DNA from: Paraspadella gotoi
Taxonomy: Eukaryota > Animalia > Chaetognatha
Assembly (NCBI GenBank): GCA_051294375.1
Contig: CM119268.1
Location: 1,757,486 to 1,821,485, forward strand
Direction of reading: 5' to 3'
Length of the DNA stretch: 64,000 nt
This document shows, piece by piece, positions 1 through 13,299 of this stretch; the stretch's first letter is position 1, and each line of letters begins with the position of its first letter. The translations under genes and the position numbers were made by a program. The notes beneath the pieces were generated by a model, which was given only the letters and a program-made list of their open reading frames with translations, searched no databases and was not told the origin of the DNA.

Positions 1-334
1 TAATTTAGTACGATAGATATAAGAATATTTATTTTTAACATAAATAATTGTAAAAAGAACTAAATACAAAGAGACCCACTACCGCGCTTGACCAATTGAA
101 CAATAATCGATTTTTTTTTTTCAAAAACAATAACCATCGATATTTTTTATTTCAATCATATTATTATTAACAAATAAAAAGAATTTTTTTTTTATTCGAA
201 ACAACGAGAAGCGCCTGTGACGCGACGACTCTCCCGATTGTCATGAAATCAAAATGAAATGAAAATTGTTCGCTGAAAGTTTTTAAAAGGTTTCGTTTAT
301 TTCCAGATTTTACCAGAGCCCAAATTTGGTCGCC

Positions 335-1973
335 ATGTCAAAGCGATTGTATTTACTCGTTTTGTTTTCTTGGTAAATATCAAGAACTTCAATAAATGAC
401 TTTTATATCGATAAATTCATTAATTTTTTTTATTATTTCAGGGCGCAGTTTTCCATTGGAATTAATCAGTATTACTTTAATTGTCATGGATCGGCTGAGA
501 AACTACCCAAGTTCCCTCCTGAAGAAGGTAGTAAAAAACTATGGTTTAGCGATAATCCTTAATAACTGAAATGATTCGAATTATTTTTCAGAAACTGATC
601 TAACTAAATCTGACATGATGATATTAGCTGGAAGTCATCTATACGGTAATACCATAACTGATGCGGTTCAACACAGAGTTACGTATTTAAATTTACACAA
701 ATTTACACAACTTTTTAGGAAAGCTCACATCATTAATGTCGCAGCAAGGTAAGCATATTCTTCCGAAAAAGTGACGAGTCATCAAAAACCGTTGTTTCTT
801 GAAAAAAAATCTAATAAGTTTAGTAGTATACAATATATACGTATTATTTACAGTATAAACTGAGACTTGAAGATTTTTTTTGTTTATTTCATTGTCTTCA
901 GGATCAGGGAGCTCCTCAGATTCTGGCGGATCTTCGGGATCTGATGGAACGGCTGCGTCTTCGAAGTCCACCGAATCTCCAGCAGCTGCAGCAACTGGAG
1001 CTTCAGACGGGGAGCCTCTATCTCCCGCAACTGCAGCATCGGCAGAATCCGGAGGATCCGGAAAATCAGGAGCGTGCAAGAAGATGAAAGATAAGGCGGA
1101 TGATAACGTTGAGCGTAAGCGTTACAAAGAATTCGAATCCAGCTGCTACTTATTCTATGGAAATTCCCATCTAAAACACGATGAGAAAGATTCTAAAGCC
1201 CAAAAATACTGCGAGGTAATACGGTAATACTAATTATACTGATATTTTGTTTTGTTTTTAATTTTAATTTTTTTTATAAATAAATGTATAGTATTGTAGT
1301 ATAGTAGTATAGTAGTAGTAGTAGAAGTAGTAGTAGTAGTATAGTAGATAGTAATTGTATACTTAAACCACATTCCCACAGATTTCTTTTTCCAAATCTT
1401 ATGTTGTTTGTTGAATTTAAGTACGTACGTATTTTCTTTGCTGAGTTCGTTGCTACTATAGAGGAAAAAAATGTAGTGCACATAATGTTAATCTATAACT
1501 AATATTTAACTATATTCACATATGTGACGGATCTCTTTCACACCAAGTTCTACAACTAAATACGTACCTCATTGTACCAGTAGCAACGATAAATGTTAGA
1601 AAAGAACCCAAATATTTGCCCGTACTGGTTTTTCTCCTCCAATCAGGATCTGGACGCGAATTTGGTCGCCATAGAGACGTCGGCGGAGAACGACTTTCTG
1701 GTCCGAACCATCGACGTCACAGACGCGGACATCAAAGACAAGAATAACTACTGGGCACTTGGCGGTTGGCAGGAGGGCAAGGACGAGTCGTTGAGACGTT
1801 GGTGGATCGCCACCGGCGTCGACATCTCGTGGGCCGATTGGGCGGACGACCTGGACGAGCCCGTTGGGGACGCGAACCTCGTCATGGCCACGGAAGAGCG
1901 GAACCGAGAATGGGACATCACCAAGAAAGGGGACAAGGTCAAGAATTTCATTTGCGAAGCTGCTTTGACGTAG
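335..1973 (+). CDS. Secreted C-type lectin domain protein with Ser/Gly/Ala-rich linker (about 6 exons)
   Basis: ATG at 335 gives hydrophobic leader MSKRLYLLVLFSW. GT-AG exons at about 335-372, 442-527, 591-680, 719-748, 902-1215 and 1647-1973. CTLD motifs: CYLF..AQKYCE|DLDANLVAIETSAENDFL..YWALGG..W..W..NFICE. Confidence 0.75.
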
Positions 1974-2748
1974 GGATGGACTGGGATGGTGGATTGGGGG
2001 GAAAAAGTAGAAAAGATGTTTGGAGGGTTTACCAGGCATTTAATATTATTGTGGGGGAGAGGCTGAGACTAAACGATGAGTTTGATTTTATGTCCTTTAA
2101 TTTATAGTGAAGTACTTTTGTCAATTTCTTCTTTTTTTTTTAATTTAAATATTTCGTGAATGCGCTATACATTGTATCAAATGCTGACTAACAATAAATG
2201 CATGCAACACAGATAAAATGAATGATGACTAATAAAATGAGAAATGAGGGAAAATCGCGAGGTAGATATTTATATTTTTTCTATTTAAAAAAAATGGTAT
2301 TTTAGTATGAACAAGATTAGCTTAAAGCTTAAAGAGATCTAACAATAAAGGACGAAAAAACCAGATCATCGAGGTGAACCGGTTTCGAAAAACAAGGTGG
2401 CCCAATTACGAATTTATGACCCGAATTGAAAACATCAGCTAGCGACCTCTCCTTTCATTTTTCAGCTAACGACCCCTTTCAATTTTTATCCGTCTCTTCT
2501 ATCTCAGCTCCTTTTTTCCCGAATTTGAATTAATTCCAGGTTTTTTTTTCCCGAATCAAATATTTTTTTATTTATTTTTTAAACATTTTTTTTTCTGTTG
2601 CCTTTGGCAATTTTTTATTAATTGGTGATACGTCATTTGTTTTTGTTTTATTTCCTTATTACATTAATTTAAGCTAGAACTATTTGGTTTTTTTTGAAAG
2701 TTGAATCCTCGCCGACTCTCGGGTCGATCGCTTTTGATGAAGATCTCT

Positions 2749-2787
<39 letters not shown>

Positions 2788-3120
2788 ACTCTCTCTTTAT
2801 TTCTTTCTGTCTTTTTCTGTCACTGTCTCTCGATCTTTAGCATCGCAGCTGTCTATCTAATCTATCTTATCTTTCTATCTTTCTATCTATTTTATCTAAT
2901 CTTGTGATTTACGAAAGCTCCCCCGTTCTACTATATGTAGTAGCTCTGATGATGTAATCGACCGGTTTTCTTCTTAAAAAAAACCGGATTTTCTCTATAA
3001 TATTGGTTGTACCAATTTCATCATCCCATCTTTTCTCCCAGCTCTTTTACGTCCTTTTTGCCACGCTAAGAAAGTTCAAAAAACTTTGCACGACAACAAC
3101 AACAACAACGATCCCTCGAA

Positions 3121-6100
3121 ATGAACGACACTCGAATATTCTTCGGGGACTTTTGCGGCGATTCCCCTTTTTGGGATCCCGACGTCTCGTGGGACAATCC
3201 TTACCCAAGCCTGACCCTCTGCTTTCTCGACGTGATCCCGGCTTGGATCCCTTCCGTTTATCTCCTCTGTAGCCTGCTCCTTCGGCCCAGCCTACTGACC
3301 CTGTCCGGCGCCCCGGTCGCGTCGCCCAAAGAATCTAAAAAGTCCAAAATCTTTCGTCTCTTAAAACAGTTGGTCAACGCCGTTGCCATGGTAACGGCGA
3401 TTGCGAGAATAGCGATCGTGGCGGACGGGGCGAACGTGGAGTAAGTAACGCGTCGATTTTTCATCAGTTTCGGCGACAGGGTGGCCAGTGGTCAATGGCC
3501 ACTGGCCACGCGGCCTATTTGTTACTTTTCTGGCTTTTGAAATTAATAAACAAGAGGAGATTACGCTGTACTTGAGATTATTCTATTTGACTGTCACTTG
3601 GAAAAAAAAAAGTGAAAATTTCCGTTGCCAATCTCACGTGATTTTTGTTTTTTTATTCAGCATCTTTACTTCATTTTTCACCTCCGCCGCGCCCTTCGTC
3701 GACGGCGCCATGTCACTCGCTTGCCACGCCCTCCTCGTCCTCCTCATCAACTTGACGAGAATGAAAAAGGCCGCCGACGCCGTCGTCTTCCTTTTCTGGG
3801 CGATTCACTTCCTCTGTCAACTTCTCCCGTTTCAACATTACATCCGGGTCACGTCTGGACAAATTCCCTTTCGCTCGGAGATTCTCGAAGAGAAGTTGGC
3901 GATCGCTAGTTTCGTTACGATGACGTCGTCCACTGTGGCTCTGATGTTGAATTTCGTGGGGAACAGCGACGGGTGAGAAGTTTGGGAAAAGGCGGGAGTG
4001 GGTGGGGGAGGGAGGATGTTATGCGGGGGGGGGGGGGTTCGCATAACATTGAGGTTGTAGACTGTAGAGAGTAGTCTACAATTTTTTTTTCTCTATACAT
4101 ATGTAATTATGATTTTGGCTTGAAGCCCGAATAAACCTTAACATTTTACATTTTTCCTCCTTTAGCGTGACATCCCCTTGGGACTCTGCAAGTCAGTTTT
4201 CAAGGTTGACTTTCTTCTGGACTGTTCCCCTGTTGCGAAAGGGTTTCAACCGCCGACTCACCCTCAAAGATTTGGACGATATTCCCCTTAAATTCAAAAT
4301 AGAGAATCTCATGAAAAAATTTTATGAGAAAAGTTTTCGGAAGAACGTTGATGCTTCACCGAAAGAACAAAATTCGCGAAAAACCGAAAAAGCTTTAGAA
4401 ATGTCTGAAAGTTTTCCGTCAAACTCTAAGACCGACGGGCAACGAATTTCGATGACCCGCGCATTTTTCTCGTGTTACCTGACCGACGTTGTCATCATAT
4501 CTCTTATCCGTTTAACCTTTGTGACGATCAATCTCTTCAAACCTCTCCTGCTCGGAGTGCTGGTCGATCACGTGTCCTCAAGACCTAACGAAGAAGCGGA
4601 CGATCCAATTCGCCGACAATGGCGCTGGAAGGGGCTCCTGTACGCTTTTTTTCTTTTCTTTCTGGCTCTGGTCGAAGCGGTGGCTCACACTTTATACTGG
4701 TGGTTCAGCAACGGTTGGGGACTCAAATTGCAGAGCACCATGATCGTCTCTATTTACGAGAAGAGCCTCCGTCTCACCGCCGCCTTTAAGCAATCTTTAA
4801 CGACCGGAGAGATCGTTAACTTGATCGGCGTCGACGCTCGCCGATGCTTTCAAGGGGTTCAAATGCTCGGCGCCGCCGCTTTCGTGCCGCTGCAGATTGT
4901 CCTCGGCTGTTGGTTACTTTACGTCCAGATAGGATGGTCGTCGTTGGCCGGCGTCGCCTGTCTCGTGGCGCTCATACCTTTGATCGTGGTTTTGAGCTAT
5001 AAAGTTAGAAAATTACAGGAAGCGCACATGGAATTTAAAGATGAAAGAGTTAAGACGATGAACGAAATTATAAACAACATAAAAGTAATTAAATTTTATA
5101 CCTGGGAAAATCCTTTTGCCGATCGAGTGGCCGACATCCGTAAAAAGGAGATAACTTTGTTCAGAAAGCAGATGTTTTTTCAAGCTTTGATGTCCGGTCT
5201 GTTCAACACCTCTTCGGTCTTTGTCGGCGTCATCTGTTTAACTGTCTACGTTTCGTCTTCGTCTGAAAATATCCTCACGGCCAAAAAAGTATTCGTCACT
5301 CTCACGCTCCTCAACAACCTTCAGTACCCTCTATGGATTATTCCGGCGGCCGTGCAGACATTGATTCACACCCTGGTTTCAGCGAGACGCGTCAACAAAT
5401 TCTTCGCCAGCGAAGAAATTGAACCGCAGATCGATAACCGGGTCGCCGACGGAGTCGCCGTCCAAGTCGGAAAGGCTTCATTCTCTTGGGCGAAAGATTC
5501 CAACATTTTTCTCAAGGATCTAAACTTCCAACTGAATGCCGGAAGTATGTTCGCCGTTGTTGGGCCCGTTGGCTCGGGTAAAACCGCACTTCTCAAATGT
5601 CTTTTGGGAGAAATGCATAAGATTTCCGGAAAGGTCAGCGTCGTGGAGAGCGTAGCCTATGTATCCCAACAGCCTTGGATACAAAATGGTACCGTGAGGG
5701 ACAATATCCTCTTTGGTCAATCGTTTGATCGTGCCAAATACGAGTCGATCGTCGAGGCATGCGCCCTGGAGCCCGATCTGTCCGTCCTTCCAGCCTATGA
5801 CGACACGGAGATCGGCGAAAGAGGAATCAATTTGTCCGGCGGACAAAACTTCGAGTCTCTCTCGCCAGACCATCTACGCCGACGCGGATTTGTATCTCCT
5901 CGACGATCCGCTTTCCGCCGTCGACGTCCACGTGGGGAGGCACATATTTGAGCAGGTTTTATCTTCTCGCGGTCTCTTGGGCAGAAAGAGTCGCATCGTC
6001 GTCACCAACGTTTTGAAGTACCTCCCGCTGATGGATAGCGTGATATCGCTGGCGGAAGGAAAAATTACGGACATTGGACGCTTGCCCGATTTGAAGAGGA

Positions 6101-8259
6101 GGAAATCTCTTCCTTTGATAATCTTGGACGAGTCATCGCCTCTTGAAAACGACAAGGCGACGCAAAACGATCGATTAAACGAGAAAGAAGGAAATGGAAA
6201 ACTCCTCACCGCGGAGGAAGTGCATCATGGCAGTATTAACTTTTTAACTTATTTGAGTTACGTGAAATACATGGGCTTCCTCGTGGGCTTAGCCGCTATT
6301 TTATTTTTCATTTGCGCGCAAGGTCTTGAAATGGGAGGGAATCTTAGCTTATCCAAGCTCACCGACGAGATCCATCCGTTTGACAATACATCATCTGCGA
6401 ACACAGAGCAGTTTGTAAATTACGTCACTTTCGGTTTGTTTTCTGGCGTCAGCCAGCTTCTAGGTTGGTTTTTTTTAGTCGTAGGAGTCACGACGGCATC
6501 ACAAAGATTACACGATGAGTTAACGAGCAAAGTAATCGCGTACCCGATGTCATTCTTTGATACCACCCCTACTGGCCGAATTATGAATCGGGTCTCCTCG
6601 GATATCGACGTGATCGATATTCAAATCTTTGGAGATATCGGCCACACCTGCACTCGGCTGTCAATAGTCATCTTTTCCTTCATAACAATCGTCACCGTTC
6701 AGATTTGGTCCCTGGCCTTCATTCCGGTCGTGTTGTTGTTCTTTCTTGTCGTCCAGTTTGTCTACCTTCGAACGGGTCGTCAACTGCGGCGTCTAGAGTC
6801 TACCTCCCGATCCCCGATTTTATCCTTGTTCGGCGAGACGCTTCAAGGTATCACCAACATCCGCGCCTTTAAAACTCAACGCCGCTTCGTTGCCCACTGC
6901 CACAGACTGGTGGAAGAAAATCTCAAGGCGGCCGTTCCGATGTGGAGTTGTGAGCCGGCGGTGACGTACTTCTTGGAGGGCGCCTCCGCCTTCATGGCTC
7001 TCTTCGTCGCTCTTTACTGTGTTTTGGACGAATCAATCTCCGCCGGGCAAGCGGGCTTATCTTTGACCTACTCGATCTTCCTCATCATGGCAGCGGGCAT
7101 CACCATAACGTGGAGTTCCCGTATGGAGAACGACTTCGTGGCCGTCGAGAGAGTCTTGGAGTACACGAAGATGTCCAGGGAGGCCTCTTGGAGGAACGAA
7201 GCTTCCAAATCTATCGAACCCTCTTGGCCGACAAAGGGAGAGATAGGCGTGACCGACTTCAGTTGTCGGTACCGAGAAAACCTCGAACTCGTCTTAAAAA
7301 ATCTCAACTTTCGCATCGACGGTGGCGAAAGAGTCGGCGTCGTGGGAAAAACCGGCGCCGGGAAATCGAGTCTGACTTTGGCGCTGTTTCGAATCGTGGA
7401 GGCAGCCAGCGGCGCCGTTTCTATCGATGGGCTCAAGACCGGCGCCCTTGGGCTTCACGACTTGAGATCGAAAATCTCCATCATCCCCCAAGATCCCGTC
7501 ATATTCTCGGGATCACTTCGCTCAAATCTCGATCCCTTTGGTTTCCATGACGACGAGAAACTGTGGTCGGCGTTGAAGATGGCGCATTTGAAAGAGTTCG
7601 TGACGAGTCTGCCCGAGGGACTGGATCACGAGTGCGCAGAGGCGGGGGAGAACCTTTCCGTCGGGCAGCGGCAACTCGTCTGTTTGGCGAGGGCTCTTCT
7701 AAAGAACTCCAAGGTTAGTGTCTTTCTATTAATCAATTCATTAAACAATTTATAACAGTTGTTTTATATTTTAGATTCTCGTCATGGATGAAGCGACGGC
7801 TTCGGTTGACCTTAAGACGGATTTATTAATTCAAAAGACGGTCAGGTATGTCCAATTGTCCATCATCAAATCACTTATTTTTCATCACTAATCACGAGAA
7901 AATATAACGAGTAAACTGCTAACATCAATGGCCACATTGTCTGTTAATTAGGGAACCACTTGCACACTGAACAGTGAACAGTGAACACTGTTCCGCTCTA
8001 AGGGTTAAATTTTCTGGTCATTTGAAGAGGGATGTCCAAAAAATAATAATACCGTAATACTTTCTTAACCACTTGTAGGGAAGAGTTCGTGGGTTGCACA
8101 GTGATCACCATCGCCCACCGCCTCGACACCATCATAGACTACGACAAAGTCATTGTGCTGAGTGACGGCGAAATCGTCGAGTTCGAAGACCCAAGACTTT
8201 TGCTCCGTAATGAAGGGTCTACGTTTTATGGATTGGCGAAGGAGGCGGGCCTAGTTTAA
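3121..8259 (+). CDS. ABCC/MRP1-like ABC transporter (TMD0-TMD1-NBD1-TMD2-NBD2), frame broken in the NBD1 signature
   Basis: Exons 3121-3440, 3661-3972, 4166-7713, 7775-7845 and 8079-8259 with consistent phases. N-terminal FCGDSPFWD; Walker A GPVGSGKT and GKTGAGKS; GERGINLSGGQ; LDDPLSAVD; NLSVGQRQLVCLARAL; DEATASVD; TIAHRL. Confidence 0.9.
3382..3395. promoter_or_regulatory. RFX X-box consensus match inside ABCC exon 1
   Basis: GTTGCCATGGTAAC at 3382-3395. Confidence 0.3.
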
Positions 8260-9469
8260 CTTCCTCTTTGTGGTTAAAACGTGTTTGTATTTTCAGAATC
8301 GTAGCTTTTACTTGTTTGGGTTGGATTTTTTTTCTCCCCATAGTTTTAGTCAATTTCATATATATATATTAATATATTGTTTTTGAAAATTTTTTAATTT
8401 TTCGGTTACGATTGTTGATTTACGATTGTTAATTTTTACTTCGTATGTGAATTATCATCTTTGCTTATCCCTCCGAAATTTTGTAACGTGCCATTATTAT
8501 TATTATTAAATAAACAAAACAATCTTCCACAAAAGTCGTGCTTGCATAAATGTTTTCTCCCTATAATTTTAATTTTAATCCGTTAATTTTAATTTCAATT
8601 TTAACTAACCTTGGTCGTTTTGGCTCTGTTTTATTGATTAATTATGCCTTTATTATGGTCTTTTTGAAACTCATCTGGTTTTTTTTTTTTTTTTTTTTGG
8701 CTAACATTAACATATTTGTTTTACTTTTACCGTTGTTTTTAAACAATCAAAAAAAAACATAAATTATTTTTTTTTAGTTAACGTGGGAAGCTATTCCGTC
8801 AATCATGATTATTTTGTTATTAAAACGCCCAGTGTTTGTCGTATCTGAAAAAAAAAATTTGTATCAGTTTATGATAAGACAAACATAACATACGAGATTG
8901 TACTTATTATACATGTTAGATCAGCCATCAGAAGTTGCAAAGTCCTTACGTTATCGTCCATGACGAAGAGACTGACGAAGGACGGGCGTGTGACGTCATG
9001 AATCCTTGCAGACAGAAATCACGTGAAGAAATCACGTGAAGAAACTCGAAGATGAAAAGAAAAACGTTTGGGAACGGCGATGACGCGTGACTCGAAAAGG
9101 GAAGGACTTTTTAAAATGGAGTCCGGGGAATTAAATGTTTTCGGGATGGCGTTAGAAAATGTTAATGCGATATCGGTAGCGCAGTGTACAACAACATTAA
9201 AAATTTCTAAACCTCGACGTCATGTTTGCGGTTTTACAGAGTTTTTTTTTTTCTATCCTTCCTCTGTACATACGTCCGTATATTTGGTTCGATCGTCCTT
9301 GAAATAGCACGAGAAATTTTAACGAAATCCAGCGATGCATCCATCCACACTTTGATTTGGTATTATTTTACCTTGGCCGACTGGAATTTAACAAGTTTGT
9401 TATTTTTCTATTTGCATACGTACATCACTATGGTGGTTTGATACTGTAAGGAAAAAAATAAAGTTTGGT

Positions 9470-9550
9470 TTAAGTTAGGGGTAGTTAAAGTTAGGGGTGG
9501 TTAGATTTAAGGGTAGTTAGGGTTAAGGTTAGGTAGTTACTGGTTATGGT
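9470..9550 (+). repeat. Degenerate TTAGGG-like short repeat
   Basis: Run of gttaggg/gttaagg/gttaggt units. Confidence 0.5.
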
Positions 9551-10180
9551 AATATTCGAGGTTGAGGTAATATTCTAAAAACTATTCGTTCTTTTTTTTT
9601 GCATAAAAAAATTACCGACTCACAGTGAAAAACTGAAATATATAATTTTAACTTTTTACATTTCAGTTTTTTGTTTTTTATTTCAAAATTGATAAAATAT
9701 TTTATGGAGAAGCATGAACGCTTCAACATAAAAAAAACACCTGCTTCGACTAGACTCGGAAGCGAAAGGATTTCAAAATAAAAAAAACAGCATTGACCGA
9801 GATAAGATGAACCTGCGTGGGAAGACTTAACGAGGTGTGAGAGAGAGAATGAGTGAGGAAGCCTTTATGGCGGCGTGGCTTTTTTTTCTTTTTTTTTTTT
9901 GCGAGGAGCCAACAGCGCGCGCGCTCTTTGGGTTCGATTGGGTGACGAGAGGGCGCGCAGGTAAGGTTTTTAGATTGAAAGGTGAGTTCGGGAGAAAAAA
10001 ACGCTGATTGAGAAAAGGGATTTTACATCTTAAGGGGCTTGGGAACCTCGGCGCGATTTTTCTTTGACGTCATACTCGAATGAAATTGAAGCGGGTTAAA
10101 TACATCACTGCAACGGTTTATATTAGATAATCTTTCTTTTATTATTTCTTTGTATAGTTTCTTTCGTTGTGTTTGAAAAT

Positions 10181-10319
10181 TAGACGAGAAGGAAGGTAAA
10201 TATTAAATTTTACAAACCACGATGATGTTAAAAAAATTGTCAAAAGCGCTGATGAAGGCTTGTAAATAAAAAGCCGAAACATCATCGTAAAATTTAATAT
10301 TTACCTTACTTCTCGTCTA
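10181..10319 (+). other. Long inverted repeat enclosing a hammerhead-ribozyme-like core
   Basis: Arms 10181-10229 and 10278-10319 are reverse complements. The core reads CTGATGA-a-GGCTT-gtaaataaa-AAGCC-GAAAC at 10249-10280. Confidence 0.5.
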
Positions 10320-10657
10320 TTATTTCTTTAAAATTAAATCTGGTTTTGTAGGCGTATTTAATGGAGTTCGTCCCAGACCAAAGAATAGTCAATATATTTT
10401 TTTTCTAAAACGACCTTCAAATTGAGAACACGTTTTATTTTTGTACCGACTGGCGATAATAACAACTTGTCTTCTAACAATTAATCACCAGTTTTTACAA
10501 AAATTTTAATAAAATTGATGGGAAAAACCATGAAAAGCTCAGAACAGTATATTGCAATAGTACAAATAGTATAAGAAATTATCACTCTCTAGAAAAATAA
10601 TTTTGGTGAGAGAAAAATCGGTAGTTGAGCCAAAAGGTTTTGTCTGGCTTCGGCGAC

Positions 10658-10719
<62 letters not shown>

Positions 10720-10774
10720 CTCTCTCTTGAGGCTTCTTGACGTTCCATTTGAAACCTAAGAAATTCCCGAGAGT

Positions 10775-11737
10775 NNNNNNNNNNNNNNNNNNNNNNNNNN
10801 NNNNNNNNNNNNNNNNNNNNNNNNNNNNNNNNNNNNNNNNNNNNNNNNNNNNNNNNNNNNNNNNNNNNNNNNNNNNNNNNNNNNNNNNNNNNNNNNNNNN
10901 NNNNNNNNNNNNNNNNNNNNNNNNNNNNNNNNNNNNNNNNNNNNNNNNNNNNNNNNNNNNNNNNNNNNNNNNNNNNNNNNNNNNNNNNNNNNNNNNNNNN
11001 NNNNNNNNNNNNNNNNNNNNNNNNNNNNNNNNNNNNNNNNNNNNNNNNNNNNNNNNNNNNNNNNNNNNNNNNNNNNNNNNNNNNNNNNNNNNNNNNNNNN
11101 NNNNNNNNNNNNNNNNNNNNNNNNNNNNNNNNNNNNNNNNNNNNNNNNNNNNNNNNNNNNNNNNNNNNNNNNNNNNNNNNNNNNNNNNNNNNNNNNNNNN
11201 NNNNNNNNNNNNNNNNNNNNNNNNNNNNNNNNNNNNNNNNNNNNNNNNNNNNNNNNNNNNNNNNNNNNNNNNNNNNNNNNNNNNNNNNNNNNNNNNNNNN
11301 NNNNNNNNNNNNNNNNNNNNNNNNNNNNNNNNNNNNNNNNNNNNNNNNNNNNNNNNNNNNNNNNNNNNNNNNNNNNNNNNNNNNNNNNNNNNNNNNNNNN
11401 NNNNNNNNNNNNNNNNNNNNNNNNNNNNNNNNNNNNNNNNNNNNNNNNNNNNNNNNNNNNNNNNNNNNNNNNNNNNNNNNNNNNNNNNNNNNNNNNNNNN
11501 NNNNNNNNNNNNNNNNNNNNNNNNNNNNNNNNNNNNNNNNNNNNNNNNNNNNNNNNNNNNNNNNNNNNNGCGCGAATCGCGAATTTCTTGGACGGGGCGG
11601 AACGAAATGTGAAAGAGGACTAGAGGCAGGAAAAGTAACGAGAGGGAGAGAAAGATAAATTAGCATCGGAGACTTTACTTGAGGTTTAGCTTTTAGAGAA
11701 GATATGAAAGAGAATAAAAGAGAAAATAAAGACGAGA

Positions 11738-11808
<71 letters not shown>

Positions 11809-12551
11809 GAAGGAGAGGCGAAAGAGAGACGAGAGAGGAATTAAAATCAAGGATGAAATGGTTGGGAGGGGAGAAAGAAAGATGGGAGAGGCACTAACAT
11901 ACACGAGAGAGGATAGATTTAATAAAAAAGAGATAAAAAGAAAAAAACTGGAGAGCGTACGAGTGAGAGTGAGACAGAGCGGAGAGTGAGAGAGAGAGAG
12001 AGAGAAATAGAAAACGAAAAAAAGTTATCATCTTGCCAACTGTCTTGCACGAATGGTTTGGCTTGTAATAATTTTCGCTCAATGTCACAGCGATAGCGAA
12101 AAACGTAATACCATTCATTTTCAGTTCGTTATTGACTCTTTCTCTGTCTTCTCTCTTTCTCTCTCTTCTCTCTCTCTCTCTCTCTCTCTNNNNNNNNNNN
12201 NNNNNNNNNNNNNNNNNNNNNNNNNNNNNNNNNNNNNNNNNNNNNNNNNNNNNNNNNNNNNNNNNNNNNNNNNNNNNNNNNNNNNNNNNNNNNNNNNNNN
12301 NNNNNNNNNNNNNNNNNNNNNNNNNNNNNNNNNNNNNNNNNNNNNNNNNNNNNNNNNNNNNNNNNNNNNNNNNNNNNNNNNNNNNNNNNNNNNNNNNNNN
12401 NNNNNNNNNNNNNNNNNNNNNNNNNNNNNNNNNTTTGATGAAGCTAATTTGTAACCTAATTTAACGCCCAACTTGTACGGATTCTCGGCTTACGTTTCGG
12501 AGCCGTGAGACGGTAGAGAGAGAGAGNNNNNNNNNNNNNNNNNNNNNNNNN
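10775..12551. other. Assembly gaps (N runs 10775-11569, 12190-12433, 12527-12551) flanked by (CT)n/(GA)n microsatellites
   Basis: N characters and dinucleotide repeats seen directly. Confidence 0.95.
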
Positions 12552-12612
12552 TCTCATCTCTCTCTCTCTCCTCTCTCATCTCTCTCTCCCGTCTCTCTTT
12601 TTCGCCTCTCCT

Positions 12613-12669
<57 letters not shown>

Positions 12670-13010
12670 TTATTTTTCTCTTTTATCTCTTTCATATCTT
12701 CCCTCTTAAAAGTAACCTCAGTAACTCTGCGATTGCTATTTATCTTTCTCTCCCTCCTTTACTTTCTCCTCTTATCTCTTTCAATCGTTCCGTCCAGAAA
12801 TTCGCCGCTTCTCATCTTCTTTTTTCTCCCTTTTCTCTTCTTTTTCTCTCCTCCTCTTCTTTTCCTCCCTCCTCCATTTCTCCTTTTCTCTCACCTCCCC
12901 GCGGTCTGCCAACCAAGAGTCAAAAAAGAAAGATGCGTTCTTCCATTGACGAAGGGAGGAATCCGAGCATAAAAAGTGGGCGGGTCGAGAGATCTGGGGG
13001 ATCCTATGAG

Positions 13011-13077
<67 letters not shown>

Positions 13078-13299
13078 TTTGAGAGTTAGAAAAAAAATCC
13101 TGTATTAAAAACATAAAAAACGAATATTTCTATCTAGTTTTCTTCATTTGTCATTTGTTTTCCAATGATAAAGTATCAATATTTCCCGCTCAATCGGTAG
13201 AGGCGTGTTGGCGGACGATGTTTTAGACTTCGGCGTCTTTGGCGTCTTGGCGCCGGCGGTCGTTACTCGGTCGTGGCGCCGCTGGCGTCAATTGATCTC

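Noticed and set aside
9470-9550. Interstitial telomere marking a chromosome fusion
   Set aside because: Short, highly degenerate and in one orientation only.
10539-12471. Long ORFs with X runs and RERE/LSLS tracts
   Set aside because: Produced by N-gaps and dinucleotide repeats.
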